Shown here: one piece after another, positions 9,357 to 18,744 of the stretch | How positions within the stretch are numbered: the first letter of the stretch is position 1 | How the letters are laid out: each line of letters begins with the position of its first letter | Assembly (NCBI GenBank): GCA_017404665.1 | Contig: JAFRBX010000076.1 | Span: 52,540 to 116,539 of the forward strand | Length of the DNA stretch: 64,000 bases | Reading direction: 5' to 3' | Source: Ruminococcus sp. | GTDB lineage: Bacteria > Bacillota > Clostridia > Oscillospirales > Acutalibacteraceae | Made by a program: the position numbers and the translations under genes | The notes under the pieces: generated by a model | Database searches by the model: none | The model's input: the letters and a program-made list of their open reading frames with translations, nothing else | What the model was told of the DNA's origin: nothing

Positions 9357-10187
9357 CTAAAACCCCAACAATCGCTCTGCATTCCTGCCGAGGATCATTT
9401 CTTTTTCTGTATCGGACAGTCCTTTGAGCGCTTTGAAGCGTTCAATATAAGTATTTTGATCGTTCCACGGGCTGTCAGTCGCAAAGAGAATCTTGTCTGT
9501 TCCGTGATTTTTGATGATCCTGACGATCTGATCGTCGCCTGTTTCACAGAAATGACCAAGTTCGGCGAAGGAACAGCTGATATCGATATAGCAGTTTTGC
9601 CCGACGAGGTGCTTTTCAACGTCATCTGCCTGGCGGCTGCCGCCGAGATGGGCGAAAATCAGGAATGGTTCATCCGACGGGACAAGCTCCTGTACGCGGG
9701 TCATCATAAGCAGCGCTCTGTCGGGAGGACAGTGGATCTCACTGTAGGCGGGATCCTTTCCGGCATGAGTGAGTACCAGCAGTCCCAGTCGTTTCGCTTC
9801 GCTGATGATGCGGATATAGCGTTCATCGTCGATGTAGGTCTCGGTGTAGTCGGGATGGAGCTTGATCCCCTTGAAGCCGTTATCCTTCAGATATTGCAGC
9901 TTTTGAGGAACATCGTCGTCATCGGGATGGATACCGCCGAAGGAGATCAGGCTATCATACGTATCATTGATATGCTTTGCGAACCTCGTGATGGAGTCGA
10001 ATTGTCCCGCGCGGGTATTGACGGGCATGATGATGCTTTTGTCGACGCCGGAACGGCGCATGCTGCGGAGCAGACCCTGTACAGTACCGTCGGTATACGG
10101 TTTGACCTCTGCTGCTTTGCTCAGCGCTTTGAGGGTTTTTTCCGCGATTTTATCGGGAAAAACATGGGTGTGAAAATCTATGATCAT
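9357..10187 (-). CDS. Amidohydrolase_2 family metal-dependent hydrolase
   Basis: IIDFHTH, GIKLHP, HAG, AHLGG, ILFATDSPW. Confidence 0.88.
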   Translation of the reverse strand: MIIDFHTHVFPDKIAEKTLKALSKAAEVKPYTDGTVQGLLRSMRRSGVDKSIIMPVNTRAGQFDSITRFAKHINDTYDSLISFGGIHPDDDDVPQKLQYLKDNGFKGIKLHPDYTETYIDDERYIRIISEAKRLGLLVLTHAGKDPAYSEIHCPPDRALLMMTRVQELVPSDEPFLIFAHLGGSRQADDVEKHLVGQNCYIDISCSFAELGHFCETGDDQIVRIIKNHGTDKILFATDSPWNDQNTYIERFKALKGLSDTEKEMILGRNAERLLGF

Positions 10188-10224
10188 GAATTACCTTCCG
10201 TTTGCTTTTTCAGACAGCGTTATT

Positions 10225-10253
10225 ATCTTAACACTTTCGTGATTTAAAGTCAA
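10225..10253 (-). promoter_or_regulatory. sigma-A promoter of the amidohydrolase-symporter unit
   Basis: TTGACT-N17-TAAGAT with extended TG. Confidence 0.6.
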
Positions 10254-10418
10254 GAAGATTTAAAGAATTAAAGCAATAAATTTTGTTTTGTTTTATTTTC
10301 TATATCATTCGTTAAGAGAAAATAAACGGTAAAAATTCCCGTTTTCGTGTTGCATTTTTATGGGAATATGGTATCATAATATAGTAATTTGTTGCTGATT
10401 ATAAAGGAGTTGTGAACG

Positions 10419-11384
10419 ATGGCTGTAAATTCAAGAAAAGTTGCTATTGTAGGCTGTGGATTCGTCGGCTCGGCGACTGCGTTCGCGCTGATGCAGAGCG
10501 GAATGTTTTCTGAAATCGTGATGCTGGACGCCGATAGAGCGAAGGCTGAGGGCGAAGCGCTGGATATTTCTCACGGCGTGCCGTTCTCTCAGCCCTGCGA
10601 TATTCACGCGGGCGATTATGACGATATCGCGGACAGCGCGATCATCATTGTGACTGCCGGCGCCGCGCAGAAGCCCGGCGAGACGCGTCTTGACCTGATC
10701 AAAAAGAACGTCGGTATATTCAAATCGATCATCCCGGAGATCGCGAAACGCAATTTCAAGGGTATCCTGCTGATCGTGGCGAATCCCGTTGATATTCTGA
10801 CATACGCCGCGAAGGAGCTCTCCGGGCTCCCCGACAGCCGTGTGTTCGGTTCGGGCACCGTGCTGGATTCCGCGCGTCTGCGCTTCAATCTCAGCGAGCA
10901 TCTGGGCGTTGATCCGCGTTCGATCCACGCGTTCATCATCGGCGAGCACGGCGACAGCGAGTTTGCCGCATGGAGCAGCGCGAACGTTTCCGGTGTAGAG
11001 ATCAGCCGGTTCTGTGAGATGCGCGGCTATTATCACGACCATGATCTGGCGAAGGAGAATATCGCCGAGGAGGTCAAGAACGCCGCATATGATATCATCA
11101 GCAAGAAACGCGCCACCTACTACGGTATCGCGATGTCCGCCAAGCGCATCTGCGAGGCGATCGTCCGCGATGAAAAGAGCGTCCTGCCCGTATCGTCGAT
11201 CCAGCACGGACGCTTCGGGCTCAACGACGTAGCGCTGTCGATCCCCGTGATCGTCGGCAAGGACGGTATCGAAAGCGAGATTCCGTTCACACTCAACGAC
11301 GAGGAAATGCAAAAGCTGCGCGATTCTGCCAAAACCTTGCGCGATATGATCAAGTCGTGCGACCTGAGCGTCCCTGAAGAATAA
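10419..11384 (+). CDS. ldh: L-lactate dehydrogenase
   Basis: GCGFVG, GAAQKPGETRLDL (Gln specificity residue), VANPVD, GSGTVLDSAR, GEHGDS. Confidence 0.93.
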   Translation: MAVNSRKVAIVGCGFVGSATAFALMQSGMFSEIVMLDADRAKAEGEALDISHGVPFSQPCDIHAGDYDDIADSAIIIVTAGAAQKPGETRLDLIKKNVGIFKSIIPEIAKRNFKGILLIVANPVDILTYAAKELSGLPDSRVFGSGTVLDSARLRFNLSEHLGVDPRSIHAFIIGEHGDSEFAAWSSANVSGVEISRFCEMRGYYHDHDLAKENIAEEVKNAAYDIISKKRATYYGIAMSAKRICEAIVRDEKSVLPVSSIQHGRFGLNDVALSIPVIVGKDGIESEIPFTLNDEEMQKLRDSAKTLRDMIKSCDLSVPEE

Positions 11385-11436
11385 TTCTTGACTTAAGGTT
11401 ACGGAAGTTATAAAATAATGTTTGGAAGAATAATCG

Positions 11437-11480
11437 GTTGAGATTGCCGCGGAAAAAGACGCGCGCATCCTCGCAATGAC
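11437..11480 (-). repeat. REP-like palindrome, family A (GTCATTGCGA...GCGGCAATCTCAAC)
   Basis: Reverse complement reads GTCATTGCGAGGATGCGCGCGTC...CGCGGCAATCTCAAC. Confidence 0.8.
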
Positions 11481-11499
11481 GATTGATAAGGAGGCAACT

Positions 11500-11841
11500 A
11501 TGTCTGACTGTATTTTTTGTAAAATAGCGGCGGGTGAGATCCCGTCCAATAAGGTTTATGAGGATGACCGTATCATCGCGTTCCATGATATCTCTCCGCA
11601 GACGCCGGTGCATGTGCTGTTCGTTCCGAAGGAGCATATCTGCTGTGTGAACGCGATCAATGAAAGCAACTGCGATATCGTAGGGCATATCTTTTCGAAG
11701 ATTCCCGCTGTCGCGAAAGAGCTGGGACTTGAGAACGGCTACCGTGTAGTGACCAATTGCGGCGAGGACGGCTGTCAGAGCGTGATGCACATCCATTTTC
11801 ATTTGCTTGGCGGCAAAAAGCTCGGCGTTGAGATGGGTTGA
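11500..11841 (+). CDS. HIT (histidine triad) nucleotide-binding protein
   Basis: DCIFCKI, HIHFHLLGG; RBS AAGGAGG. Confidence 0.92.
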   Translation: MSDCIFCKIAAGEIPSNKVYEDDRIIAFHDISPQTPVHVLFVPKEHICCVNAINESNCDIVGHIFSKIPAVAKELGLENGYRVVTNCGEDGCQSVMHIHFHLLGGKKLGVEMG

Positions 11842-11879
11842 AGCGGTATAATAAAACATAAAATAAAGAAGGGTTTCAA

Positions 11880-12419
11880 ATGGCTAAAACATATAAAATG
11901 ACGATTGCCGGCTGTGAGCGCGAGCTGCCGCTGTGCGAGGTTGACGAGCATCTGGATATCGCCGCGTTTATCATGTTCGGCGATGTTGAGATCACCGAAA
12001 AGGCTGCAGCAGAGCTGCTGAAGGTCTCTCCCGAGCACGATATTTGCATTACCGCTGAGGCGAAGGGTATTCCGCTTTGCTATGAAATGGCGCGTCAGGG
12101 CTGCGGTCAGTACATCATCGCGCGCAAGGGCGTGAAGGTATATATGCCCGACCCGATCAGCGTGAATGTCCAGTCGATCACAACGCTCAGCCGCCAGACG
12201 CTGTATCTCGGCAGCGACGACGCCGAAGCGATGAAGGGCAAGCGTGTCCTGATTGTAGACGACGTGATTTCTACCGGTGAGAGTCTGAAGGCGCTCGAGG
12301 CGCTGGTCAGCAAAGCCGGCGGCGAGATTGTCGGCAAGGTCGCCGTGCTTGCCGAGGGCGACGCCGCCAATCGTGACGATATCATCTTTTTGGAGAAGCT
12401 GCCCGTATTTCCGAAGTAA
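11880..12419 (+). CDS. Type I phosphoribosyltransferase (APRT-like)
   Basis: AEAKGIP, ARKG, PRPP motif VLIVDDVISTGES. Confidence 0.85.
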   Translation: MAKTYKMTIAGCERELPLCEVDEHLDIAAFIMFGDVEITEKAAAELLKVSPEHDICITAEAKGIPLCYEMARQGCGQYIIARKGVKVYMPDPISVNVQSITTLSRQTLYLGSDDAEAMKGKRVLIVDDVISTGESLKALEALVSKAGGEIVGKVAVLAEGDAANRDDIIFLEKLPVFPK

Positions 12420-12439
12420 TGATTTGAAGAGGTAAGAGT

Positions 12440-14704
12440 ATGAAGCGGTTACTGGCACAGATTGGTATCACCTACTTTTCTGTGCTGGCGATCGCTTTTT
12501 ATTTGCAGGGATGGATCGTCATACTGGTCGGCGGTGTAGCGCTTCTGCTGACGGTATTATTCTTTATCCTGAAAAGAACGCGCAAAACTGTGTTCATTCC
12601 CGCCATGGCACTGACAGTCGTTATCGCGTGTGCCGTCAATATCGGCTATTCGGCGCTGTTCGTTCAGCCGGTCATTGATCGGTACGGTAATACGGAGCAT
12701 ACCGTGCGCGCGGTGATCACAGATGAAGAATACAAATCGTATTCCAAATACTATTACCGCTTGAAGGCTACCGAGATCGACGGCGAGAATGTCAGCATCA
12801 AGGTGCTGTTGAAAACGCCGCATATGCTGGATGCCGAGACTGATGATGTGCTGACCTTTACCTCTGTGCTGAAGGAAACAGAGAATAATTACTACCGTGC
12901 CAAGGGCTATTATCTTGTGTCTGACGACTATGATGCATATGTTGAGGAAGAGCCGGCATTCTCTCATACGCTTTATTATCGCGCGATACAGCTCAGGCGG
13001 TTGATGCGGCATACACTGGAATCCGTTCTCCCGTCCGACTGCGCCGCGCTTTGCAGAGCAGTATTAATCGGCGATAAGTACGCGCTGAGTCAAAACGTCA
13101 GAGATAATTTCCGCTATGCGGGAGCTTCCTATTTCATCGTGGTGTCCGGCATGCATTTCGCGGTGATATGCTTTCTGATACTGAAACTATTGAAGCGCGC
13201 AAAGTACATAAACCGCTGGGTACGGTTCGCGATAACCATGCTGTTTATCGTGCTGTATGCCGCTATCACCGGCTTTCAGCCGTCCGTCCTGCGCTCAGGC
13301 ATCATGATGGTGCTTTTGCTGCTGGGTGATACGATCCGCCGTCAAACGTATCCGCTGAATCACTTAGGGCTGGCAGGTATCATCATGCCCTTTATCGTAT
13401 CGCCTTACGGCGCGGGTGATATCGGGCTGATCCTGTCGTATTACGCGACCTTTGCAATCCTGCTGTGGGCGTCGCCGATCGCGCAGAAGCTGTACTTTAA
13501 GGATCGATACGGGAATATACTCGGATTCAACCTGAGCGCAAGGTGGAACGCGTTTACGGAACGCATCAAAGAGAAGCGGGATGGAGGCAAGCCGCGGAAG
13601 GATGACAACAAACAGCCTTTCACGGTGCGCGGTTTTTTATATAAGCTGTGGAACTGCGTCGCGTTGATGCTTTCTGTCAGTATCGCCGCGAATATCTTGG
13701 TGTTTCCGATCTCGGTATTTGTTTTCCGCGGGTTTTCATTAGTAACGCTGGTGTCTGCGCTGCTGCTGTACTGCGAAATCTATCTGATACTGATTTTCTC
13801 TTTTGTGATTTGTATCTTCTTCTGGTTCAAGCCGTTTATTGCGCTCTTAGCAGTTCCGCTGACATGGCTGTGCAGACTGGTGCTGTGGATCGTAGACGGT
13901 CTGGCTTCACTGCCGTTTGCGTACTGTCATGTGAGTCAGAGCTTTATTTTGGTATGGACGGCGGTGACGGTCGTTCTCGGTCTGATCGTGATCCTGTACC
14001 GCAACCATTACCGTTATCTGAAAACGGCGGCGTTATTCTCTGCCATCATCCTGCTGGCGGGTTGTCTGCTCCATGAAGTATTGCAGCTTCAGGTCCTTTC
14101 GCTGGAGGTGTACAATTGCGGCACCGGCGTCTGTGCCGGGATCAACAGCGGCGGTAATCTGCATTTGCTGAGCATGGACGCAAAATCAAAGGAGCTCTAT
14201 CCGATATGGTCCGATCTGTCCGAGCGCTACGGCGGCGCGGATACAGCACTGTGCAGCAGCGATAAAGATCTGCGCCGATACCGAATGTATCGCGATGATG
14301 AATTTGCAATTTCGACAATAATGCTGTATGATAAGTCTGACGATCATACAAATGAGGGCAATATCGTCGGCTTTGACGGTGATCGGACGTTCGTTCTGGA
14401 CGACGGGGTCATCATGGAGGTTTCCGTCGTCAACGATACCGTGGTTCCGTACATCACGGCGGGCGACAGAACGGTATTGGTGATCCCCGATGGCTGTACG
14501 ATTGAAGAGATACCCATCAAGCGCCGTCAGGCGGATGTGATTGTTCTCTCCGAAGCGTTCAGCGGGATGGAAGAGCTGCGGTGTGAATCGCTGATTCTCA
14601 GCACGGATGTTCCTACGGCGTTCCGGCTGGCTGATGCTATGAAAGACTGTTATCAACATGTGTATTTTACCGGTGAGGGCGATGTCCGCTGCCGGTTGAG
14701 GTGA
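12440..14704 (+). CDS. comEC: ComEC/Rec2 competence protein
   Basis: LIGDK, IVVSGMHF, GFQPSVLRSGIM, multiple TM helices, upstream of holA. Confidence 0.85.
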   Translation: MKRLLAQIGITYFSVLAIAFYLQGWIVILVGGVALLLTVLFFILKRTRKTVFIPAMALTVVIACAVNIGYSALFVQPVIDRYGNTEHTVRAVITDEEYKSYSKYYYRLKATEIDGENVSIKVLLKTPHMLDAETDDVLTFTSVLKETENNYYRAKGYYLVSDDYDAYVEEEPAFSHTLYYRAIQLRRLMRHTLESVLPSDCAALCRAVLIGDKYALSQNVRDNFRYAGASYFIVVSGMHFAVICFLILKLLKRAKYINRWVRFAITMLFIVLYAAITGFQPSVLRSGIMMVLLLLGDTIRRQTYPLNHLGLAGIIMPFIVSPYGAGDIGLILSYYATFAILLWASPIAQKLYFKDRYGNILGFNLSARWNAFTERIKEKRDGGKPRKDDNKQPFTVRGFLYKLWNCVALMLSVSIAANILVFPISVFVFRGFSLVTLVSALLLYCEIYLILIFSFVICIFFWFKPFIALLAVPLTWLCRLVLWIVDGLASLPFAYCHVSQSFILVWTAVTVVLGLIVILYRNHYRYLKTAALFSAIILLAGCLLHEVLQLQVLSLEVYNCGTGVCAGINSGGNLHLLSMDAKSKELYPIWSDLSERYGGADTALCSSDKDLRRYRMYRDDEFAISTIMLYDKSDDHTNEGNIVGFDGDRTFVLDDGVIMEVSVVNDTVVPYITAGDRTVLVIPDGCTIEEIPIKRRQADVIVLSEAFSGMEELRCESLILSTDVPTAFRLADAMKDCYQHVYFTGEGDVRCRLR

Positions 14705-14707
14705 TTT

Positions 14708-15754
14708 ATGTTTACGGAAAGCGAACTGAAGAAGCATTTGAATAGCGGACATTTCAGCAGCGTGTATCTTTGCTTCGGCGAAGAAAAGATGCTGGTGAAG
14801 CGTTCCGCTGAGCTGATCGAAAAGAAAATTACCGGCGGGGATATCAACGAGTTTAACTATCATGTGTTCGATAACGATTCACAGCTCTCGGATATTGCCT
14901 TTTGTGCCGATATGATACCGTTTATGGGTACATGGAATATCCTGCGCATCAACGATATGGATATTGACAAGTTGAAAAAGGATGATTGTGAAGCGCTGAT
15001 GAAGGTTCTTAAGAACGCTTCGGGACAGACCGTGATCATCATCGCAATGCCGACACTGGACGTCACATCTAAGACGGCTAAGGCGCAGATGAAGAAGCTG
15101 ATCGCCTTTGTCGATAAAAACGGCGTGTGTATCGAGCTGAGCCACCGCAGCGGATTGGCGCTGGAACGCGATCTGTGTAAGTGGGCAAAGGCGGGCGGAT
15201 GTACCATGAGTGAGCTGACGGCGCATCAGCTGATACAATTTGCGGGCGAGGATCTGAACCGTCTGAACGCTGAAATGAAGAAGCTGACTGCCTTCGCCGA
15301 CGGCGGTGAGATCACGCCGGAGATGATAGAGCTGCTGGTCTCAAAAACGGCTGAGGCAAGCGTATACGATCTGTTCGGCTTGATCGCGGAGGGGAAGATC
15401 GATAAAGCCCTATCAGCGATCGACACGCTGTTTTATCAGCAGATCAGCGGCGTCTATATCTGCACGGTGCTTTCAGGGGCGTATCTTGACGCGTACCGCG
15501 CGCGGGCAGGCGCAGAAGCGGGAAAGCCGACCGCCGTGATCGCGGAGGACTTCGGCTACAAAAACCGCAAGTGGGTGCTGGATAAGCTGTTACGGCAGAT
15601 CCGCCGTGTCACGACCACTGCACTGAGAAAAAGCATCGACGAGCTGCTCGAATTACAGACGCGCATGGTCACAGAGACAGTTGACGAACGCATGGAGATC
15701 GAGAGCCTGATATGCAGGCTTGTGCTGATCGCGGAGGATCGATCCGATGAATAA
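14708..15754 (+). CDS. holA: DNA polymerase III delta subunit
   Basis: VYLCFGEEK, FNYHVFD, EMKKL, SVYDL; comEC-holA synteny. Confidence 0.85.
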   Translation: MFTESELKKHLNSGHFSSVYLCFGEEKMLVKRSAELIEKKITGGDINEFNYHVFDNDSQLSDIAFCADMIPFMGTWNILRINDMDIDKLKKDDCEALMKVLKNASGQTVIIIAMPTLDVTSKTAKAQMKKLIAFVDKNGVCIELSHRSGLALERDLCKWAKAGGCTMSELTAHQLIQFAGEDLNRLNAEMKKLTAFADGGEITPEMIELLVSKTAEASVYDLFGLIAEGKIDKALSAIDTLFYQQISGVYICTVLSGAYLDAYRARAGAEAGKPTAVIAEDFGYKNRKWVLDKLLRQIRRVTTTALRKSIDELLELQTRMVTETVDERMEIESLICRLVLIAEDRSDE

Positions 15755-16601
15755 TAATAGTCATTGCGAGGAGCATAGGCTCCCTTTGGTAAAGGGAGCT
15801 GCTGAGCTAAGCGAAGCTGAGGGATTGCATGAATTGTCTGAGCATAAGCGAGTATCCAATTTGAAAATTGCATTAAAAGAAACCGTGATCGTTGAAGGCA
15901 GATATGACAGAATTAAACTCAGCGAGCTGATCGTAAGCCCGATCATCGAAACGGGCGGCTTTCGCGTGTTCAAGGATAAAGAAAAGCAGATTTTGATCCG
16001 CAAGATAGCGGAAAAGCGCGGGATACTGGTGATGACCGACATCGATTCGGCGGGCTTCGTGATCCGCAATTTCCTGCGCGGAATTGTGCCGGAGGATCGG
16101 ATCCTGCACGCGTATATCCCTACTGTGGAGGGAAAGGAGAAGCGCAAGCCTGAAACGTCTAAGGAAGGACTCCTCGGTGTGGAGGGGGTCGATCGTGAAG
16201 CACTGATCGAAGCGATCCTCAACAGCGGCGCGCATATCATAAATAGTCATTGCGAAGAGCAAAGGCTCCCTTTCCTAAGGGAGCTGTCTGCGCAGCAGAC
16301 TGAGGGTTCAGCGCGGCAATCTCAATCGCTTTCCAATAAAGACGTAGGGGAGGGACCTGCTCCTCCCGCAGCTGACGATGCGGATGTTCAAATAGAAGAA
16401 TCCTTTATCACAAAAACGGATTTCTTCGATTACGGTCTGACGGGACGCGAAAAATCCGCTGCGTATCGTGAAAAGGTGTTGGCTTCATTAGGCATGCCGC
16501 GATATCTGACGACCAACGCGATGATCGCCGCGATCAACTGTCTGTTTACCAAAGAAGAGTTTGAAAGCTTTCTGATACAACTGAATAAAGAAATAAAATA
16601 A
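15747..16601 (+). CDS. rnmV: Ribonuclease M5-like protein (Toprim + DUF4093) carrying REP-derived peptide segments
   Basis: VIVEGRYD, MTDIDSAGFVIR, GLLGVEG, ITKTDFFDYGLTG. GGAGG precedes ATG 15747; an alternative start is TTG 15861. Confidence 0.8.
   Translation: MNNNSHCEEHRLPLVKGAAELSEAEGLHELSEHKRVSNLKIALKETVIVEGRYDRIKLSELIVSPIIETGGFRVFKDKEKQILIRKIAEKRGILVMTDIDSAGFVIRNFLRGIVPEDRILHAYIPTVEGKEKRKPETSKEGLLGVEGVDREALIEAILNSGAHIINSHCEEQRLPFLRELSAQQTEGSARQSQSLSNKDVGEGPAPPAADDADVQIEESFITKTDFFDYGLTGREKSAAYREKVLASLGMPRYLTTNAMIAAINCLFTKEEFESFLIQLNKEIK
15760..15828 (+). repeat. REP family A left arm with nested family B
   Basis: GTCATTGCGAGGAGC-AT-AGGCTCCCTTTGGTAAAGGGAGCTG...CTGAGGGATTGC. Confidence 0.8.
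16246..16367 (+). repeat. Composite REP cluster inside the rnmV ORF (A with nested B, then a GTAG-type)
   Basis: GTCATTGCGAAG...[GGCTCCCTTTCCTAAGGGAGCTG...CTGAGGG]...GCGGCAATCTCAA, then GTAG-GGGAGG...CCTCCC at 16344-16367. Confidence 0.8.
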
Positions 16602-16631
16602 GGCTGTTCGCGTGTGTGCGTGAACAGCCTT
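16600..16631. terminator. Bidirectional terminator between rnmV and yebC
   Basis: AAGGCTGTTC...GAACAGCCTT. Confidence 0.7.
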
Positions 16632-16724
16632 TCTGCCAATATTATTAACCTTTTGTACGGTTGCAATTGCCGCGTGGCAGAACACGTGTGTTCGCCCTGC
16701 AATAACAATCATAATAAGAAAATC

Positions 16725-17459
16725 TTATTCAGCGTCTTCCCAGTTGTGCCATACATTCTGGATATCGTCGTTATCTTCGAACATATCCAGCATTTTCTGC
16801 ATCTGTACGCGTGTATCGGGATCGTCGATCTTAGTGTAGGTGGTGGGTACCTGTTCGACCTCGGCAGAGGCGAATTCATAGCCCTGCGCCTGCAGATCGT
16901 CGCGCACCGCACTGAAATCCTCGGGCTCTGTATAGACGGTGAAGATATCCTCGTCGGCTTCGAAATCGGACGCGCCTGCCTCCAGAGCGGCTTCCATAAC
17001 GGTGTCCTCGTCCTTTTCAAGATCCTCGCGCTCGATGATCAGAACGCCCTTTTTGTTGAACATGAAGCTGACGCAGCCGGGGGTGCCCATGTTGCCGCCG
17101 AACTTGTCAAAGTAATGTCTGACTTCGCCCGCGGTACGGTTGCGGTTGTCGGTCAGCGCTTCTACGATGACCGCGACGCCGCAGGGACCGTAGCCTTCAT
17201 AGGTGACAGCCTCATAGTCTGCGGTCTCGCCGCCCTGCGCCTTCTTGATGATGCGCTCGATGTTGTCGTTGGGAACGTTGGCGGCTTTCGCCTTGGCGAT
17301 GCAATCTCTGAGCTTAGAGTTAACGTTGGGGTCGGCGCTGCCGCCGTCGCGGATTGCGACCATCAGCTCTCTGCCGATTTTAGTGAATACCTTGGCGCGC
17401 GCGGCGTCATTCTTGCCCTTTTTCTGCTTGATGGTACTCCATTTATTATGTCCTGACAT
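16725..17459 (-). CDS. yebC: YebC/PmpR family protein
   Basis: [35 protein letters not shown]. Confidence 0.95.
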   Translation of the reverse strand: MSGHNKWSTIKQKKGKNDAARAKVFTKIGRELMVAIRDGGSADPNVNSKLRDCIAKAKAANVPNDNIERIIKKAQGGETADYEAVTYEGYGPCGVAVIVEALTDNRNRTAGEVRHYFDKFGGNMGTPGCVSFMFNKKGVLIIEREDLEKDEDTVMEAALEAGASDFEADEDIFTVYTEPEDFSAVRDDLQAQGYEFASAEVEQVPTTYTKIDDPDTRVQMQKMLDMFEDNDDIQNVWHNWEDAE

Positions 17460-17605
17460 GGTTTTATCATTCCTTCTCTCTTTATTTAACCTATTAAATA
17501 TAGCATAGATAGCGTTATTTGCAAATAGTTGTTACAACTTTGTAACCAAACCCTTTACTTTTTGTCAGGGTTTGGTACAATAGTAGTATATGAAAAGGGG
17601 GAATC

Positions 17606-18487
17606 ATGATGATCATGTCGATGACCGGCTTCGGCAGAGCGGAGCTCTCTGTCGGAAACCGCGATATTATTGTCGAGATCAAAAGCGTCAATCATCGTTA
17701 CTATGAATTTTCCTGCCGTACAAGCAGAGGCTACAGCTTTTTGGAGGACAAGCTCAAAAAGTATGTCGGCGAACGCGTCAGCCGCGGAAAGGTGGATATG
17801 TACGTATCCGTGACTGACAACGACGATTCATCCGTCGAGGTGGAGCTGAATAAGCCGCTGGCAGCGGGTTATATCGACGCGATGCGGACGCTCGCGAATG
17901 AGTATAAGATTCGTGAGGATATCTCGGTATCCGTGCTGTCCCGCTTCAATGACATTTTCCAGATCACCCGTCCGCCCGCAGATGAAGACGCGGTTTTTGC
18001 TGACGTCAAGGTTGCGGTCGATCAGGCACTGGAGCATTTTCTCTCGATGCGCCAGGCGGAGGGCGAGAAGCTCAAGGCGGATATCCTCAGCCGCGCAGAG
18101 ACGATCATCGGTATCGTCGGCGAGATCGAGGAGCGTTCGCCCTTGACGGTGCAGGCGTATCGCGACAGACTGTACGCGAAGCTCAGCGAGGTGCTGCAGA
18201 GCGCCAACATTGACGACCAGCGCATCCTGACCGAGGCGGCGATCTTCGCCGATAAGGTCGCGGTGGATGAAGAGACCGTGCGGCTGCGCTCTCACTTTGA
18301 CCAGATGAAAAAGTTCCTCGATTCCTCGGAGCCTGTGGGCAGAAAGCTCGATTTTATCGTACAGGAAATGAACCGCGAGGCGAATACCATCGGTTCAAAG
18401 GTGAATGACTCCGCTTTAGCGCACAAGGTCGTGGATATCAAGGGTGAGATCGAGAAGATACGCGAGCAGGTACAGAACATCGAATAA
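17606..18487 (+). CDS. yicC: YicC/YloC family endoribonuclease
   Basis: SMTGFGR, KSVNHRY, GRKLDFIVQEMNREANTIGSK, REQVQNIE. Confidence 0.93.
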   Translation: MMIMSMTGFGRAELSVGNRDIIVEIKSVNHRYYEFSCRTSRGYSFLEDKLKKYVGERVSRGKVDMYVSVTDNDDSSVEVELNKPLAAGYIDAMRTLANEYKIREDISVSVLSRFNDIFQITRPPADEDAVFADVKVAVDQALEHFLSMRQAEGEKLKADILSRAETIIGIVGEIEERSPLTVQAYRDRLYAKLSEVLQSANIDDQRILTEAAIFADKVAVDEETVRLRSHFDQMKKFLDSSEPVGRKLDFIVQEMNREANTIGSKVNDSALAHKVVDIKGEIEKIREQVQNIE

Positions 18488-18498
18488 CGGAGGGGTAT

Positions 18499-18744
18499 AT
18501 GCGATTTGTGAATATCGGTTTCGGCAACGTGGTCAACATCAGCAAGATCGTGACCGTTGTCAGCCCCGAGTCTGCGCCGATCAAGCGCATCGTGCAGATG
18601 AGCAAGGCGGCTTCTACCCTGATCGACGCGACCTTCGGCAGAAAATGCAAGGCGGTTATCGTCACGGACAGCGATTATATCGTGCTGTCGGCGCTGACGA
18701 CGGAGACGATCGCCGCGAGGATGGAGGAAGCAAATGAAGAATAA
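18499..18744 (+). CDS. remA: DUF370 / RemA family regulator
   Basis: VNIGFGN, PESAPIKR, IDATFGRK. Confidence 0.9.
   Translation: MRFVNIGFGNVVNISKIVTVVSPESAPIKRIVQMSKAASTLIDATFGRKCKAVIVTDSDYIVLSALTTETIAARMEEANEE

Noticed and set aside
10380-10415. Possible Rex operator upstream of ldh
   Set aside because: TTGTTGCTGATTATAAA does not fit the 18-bp TTGTGAA-N4-TTCACAA spacing.
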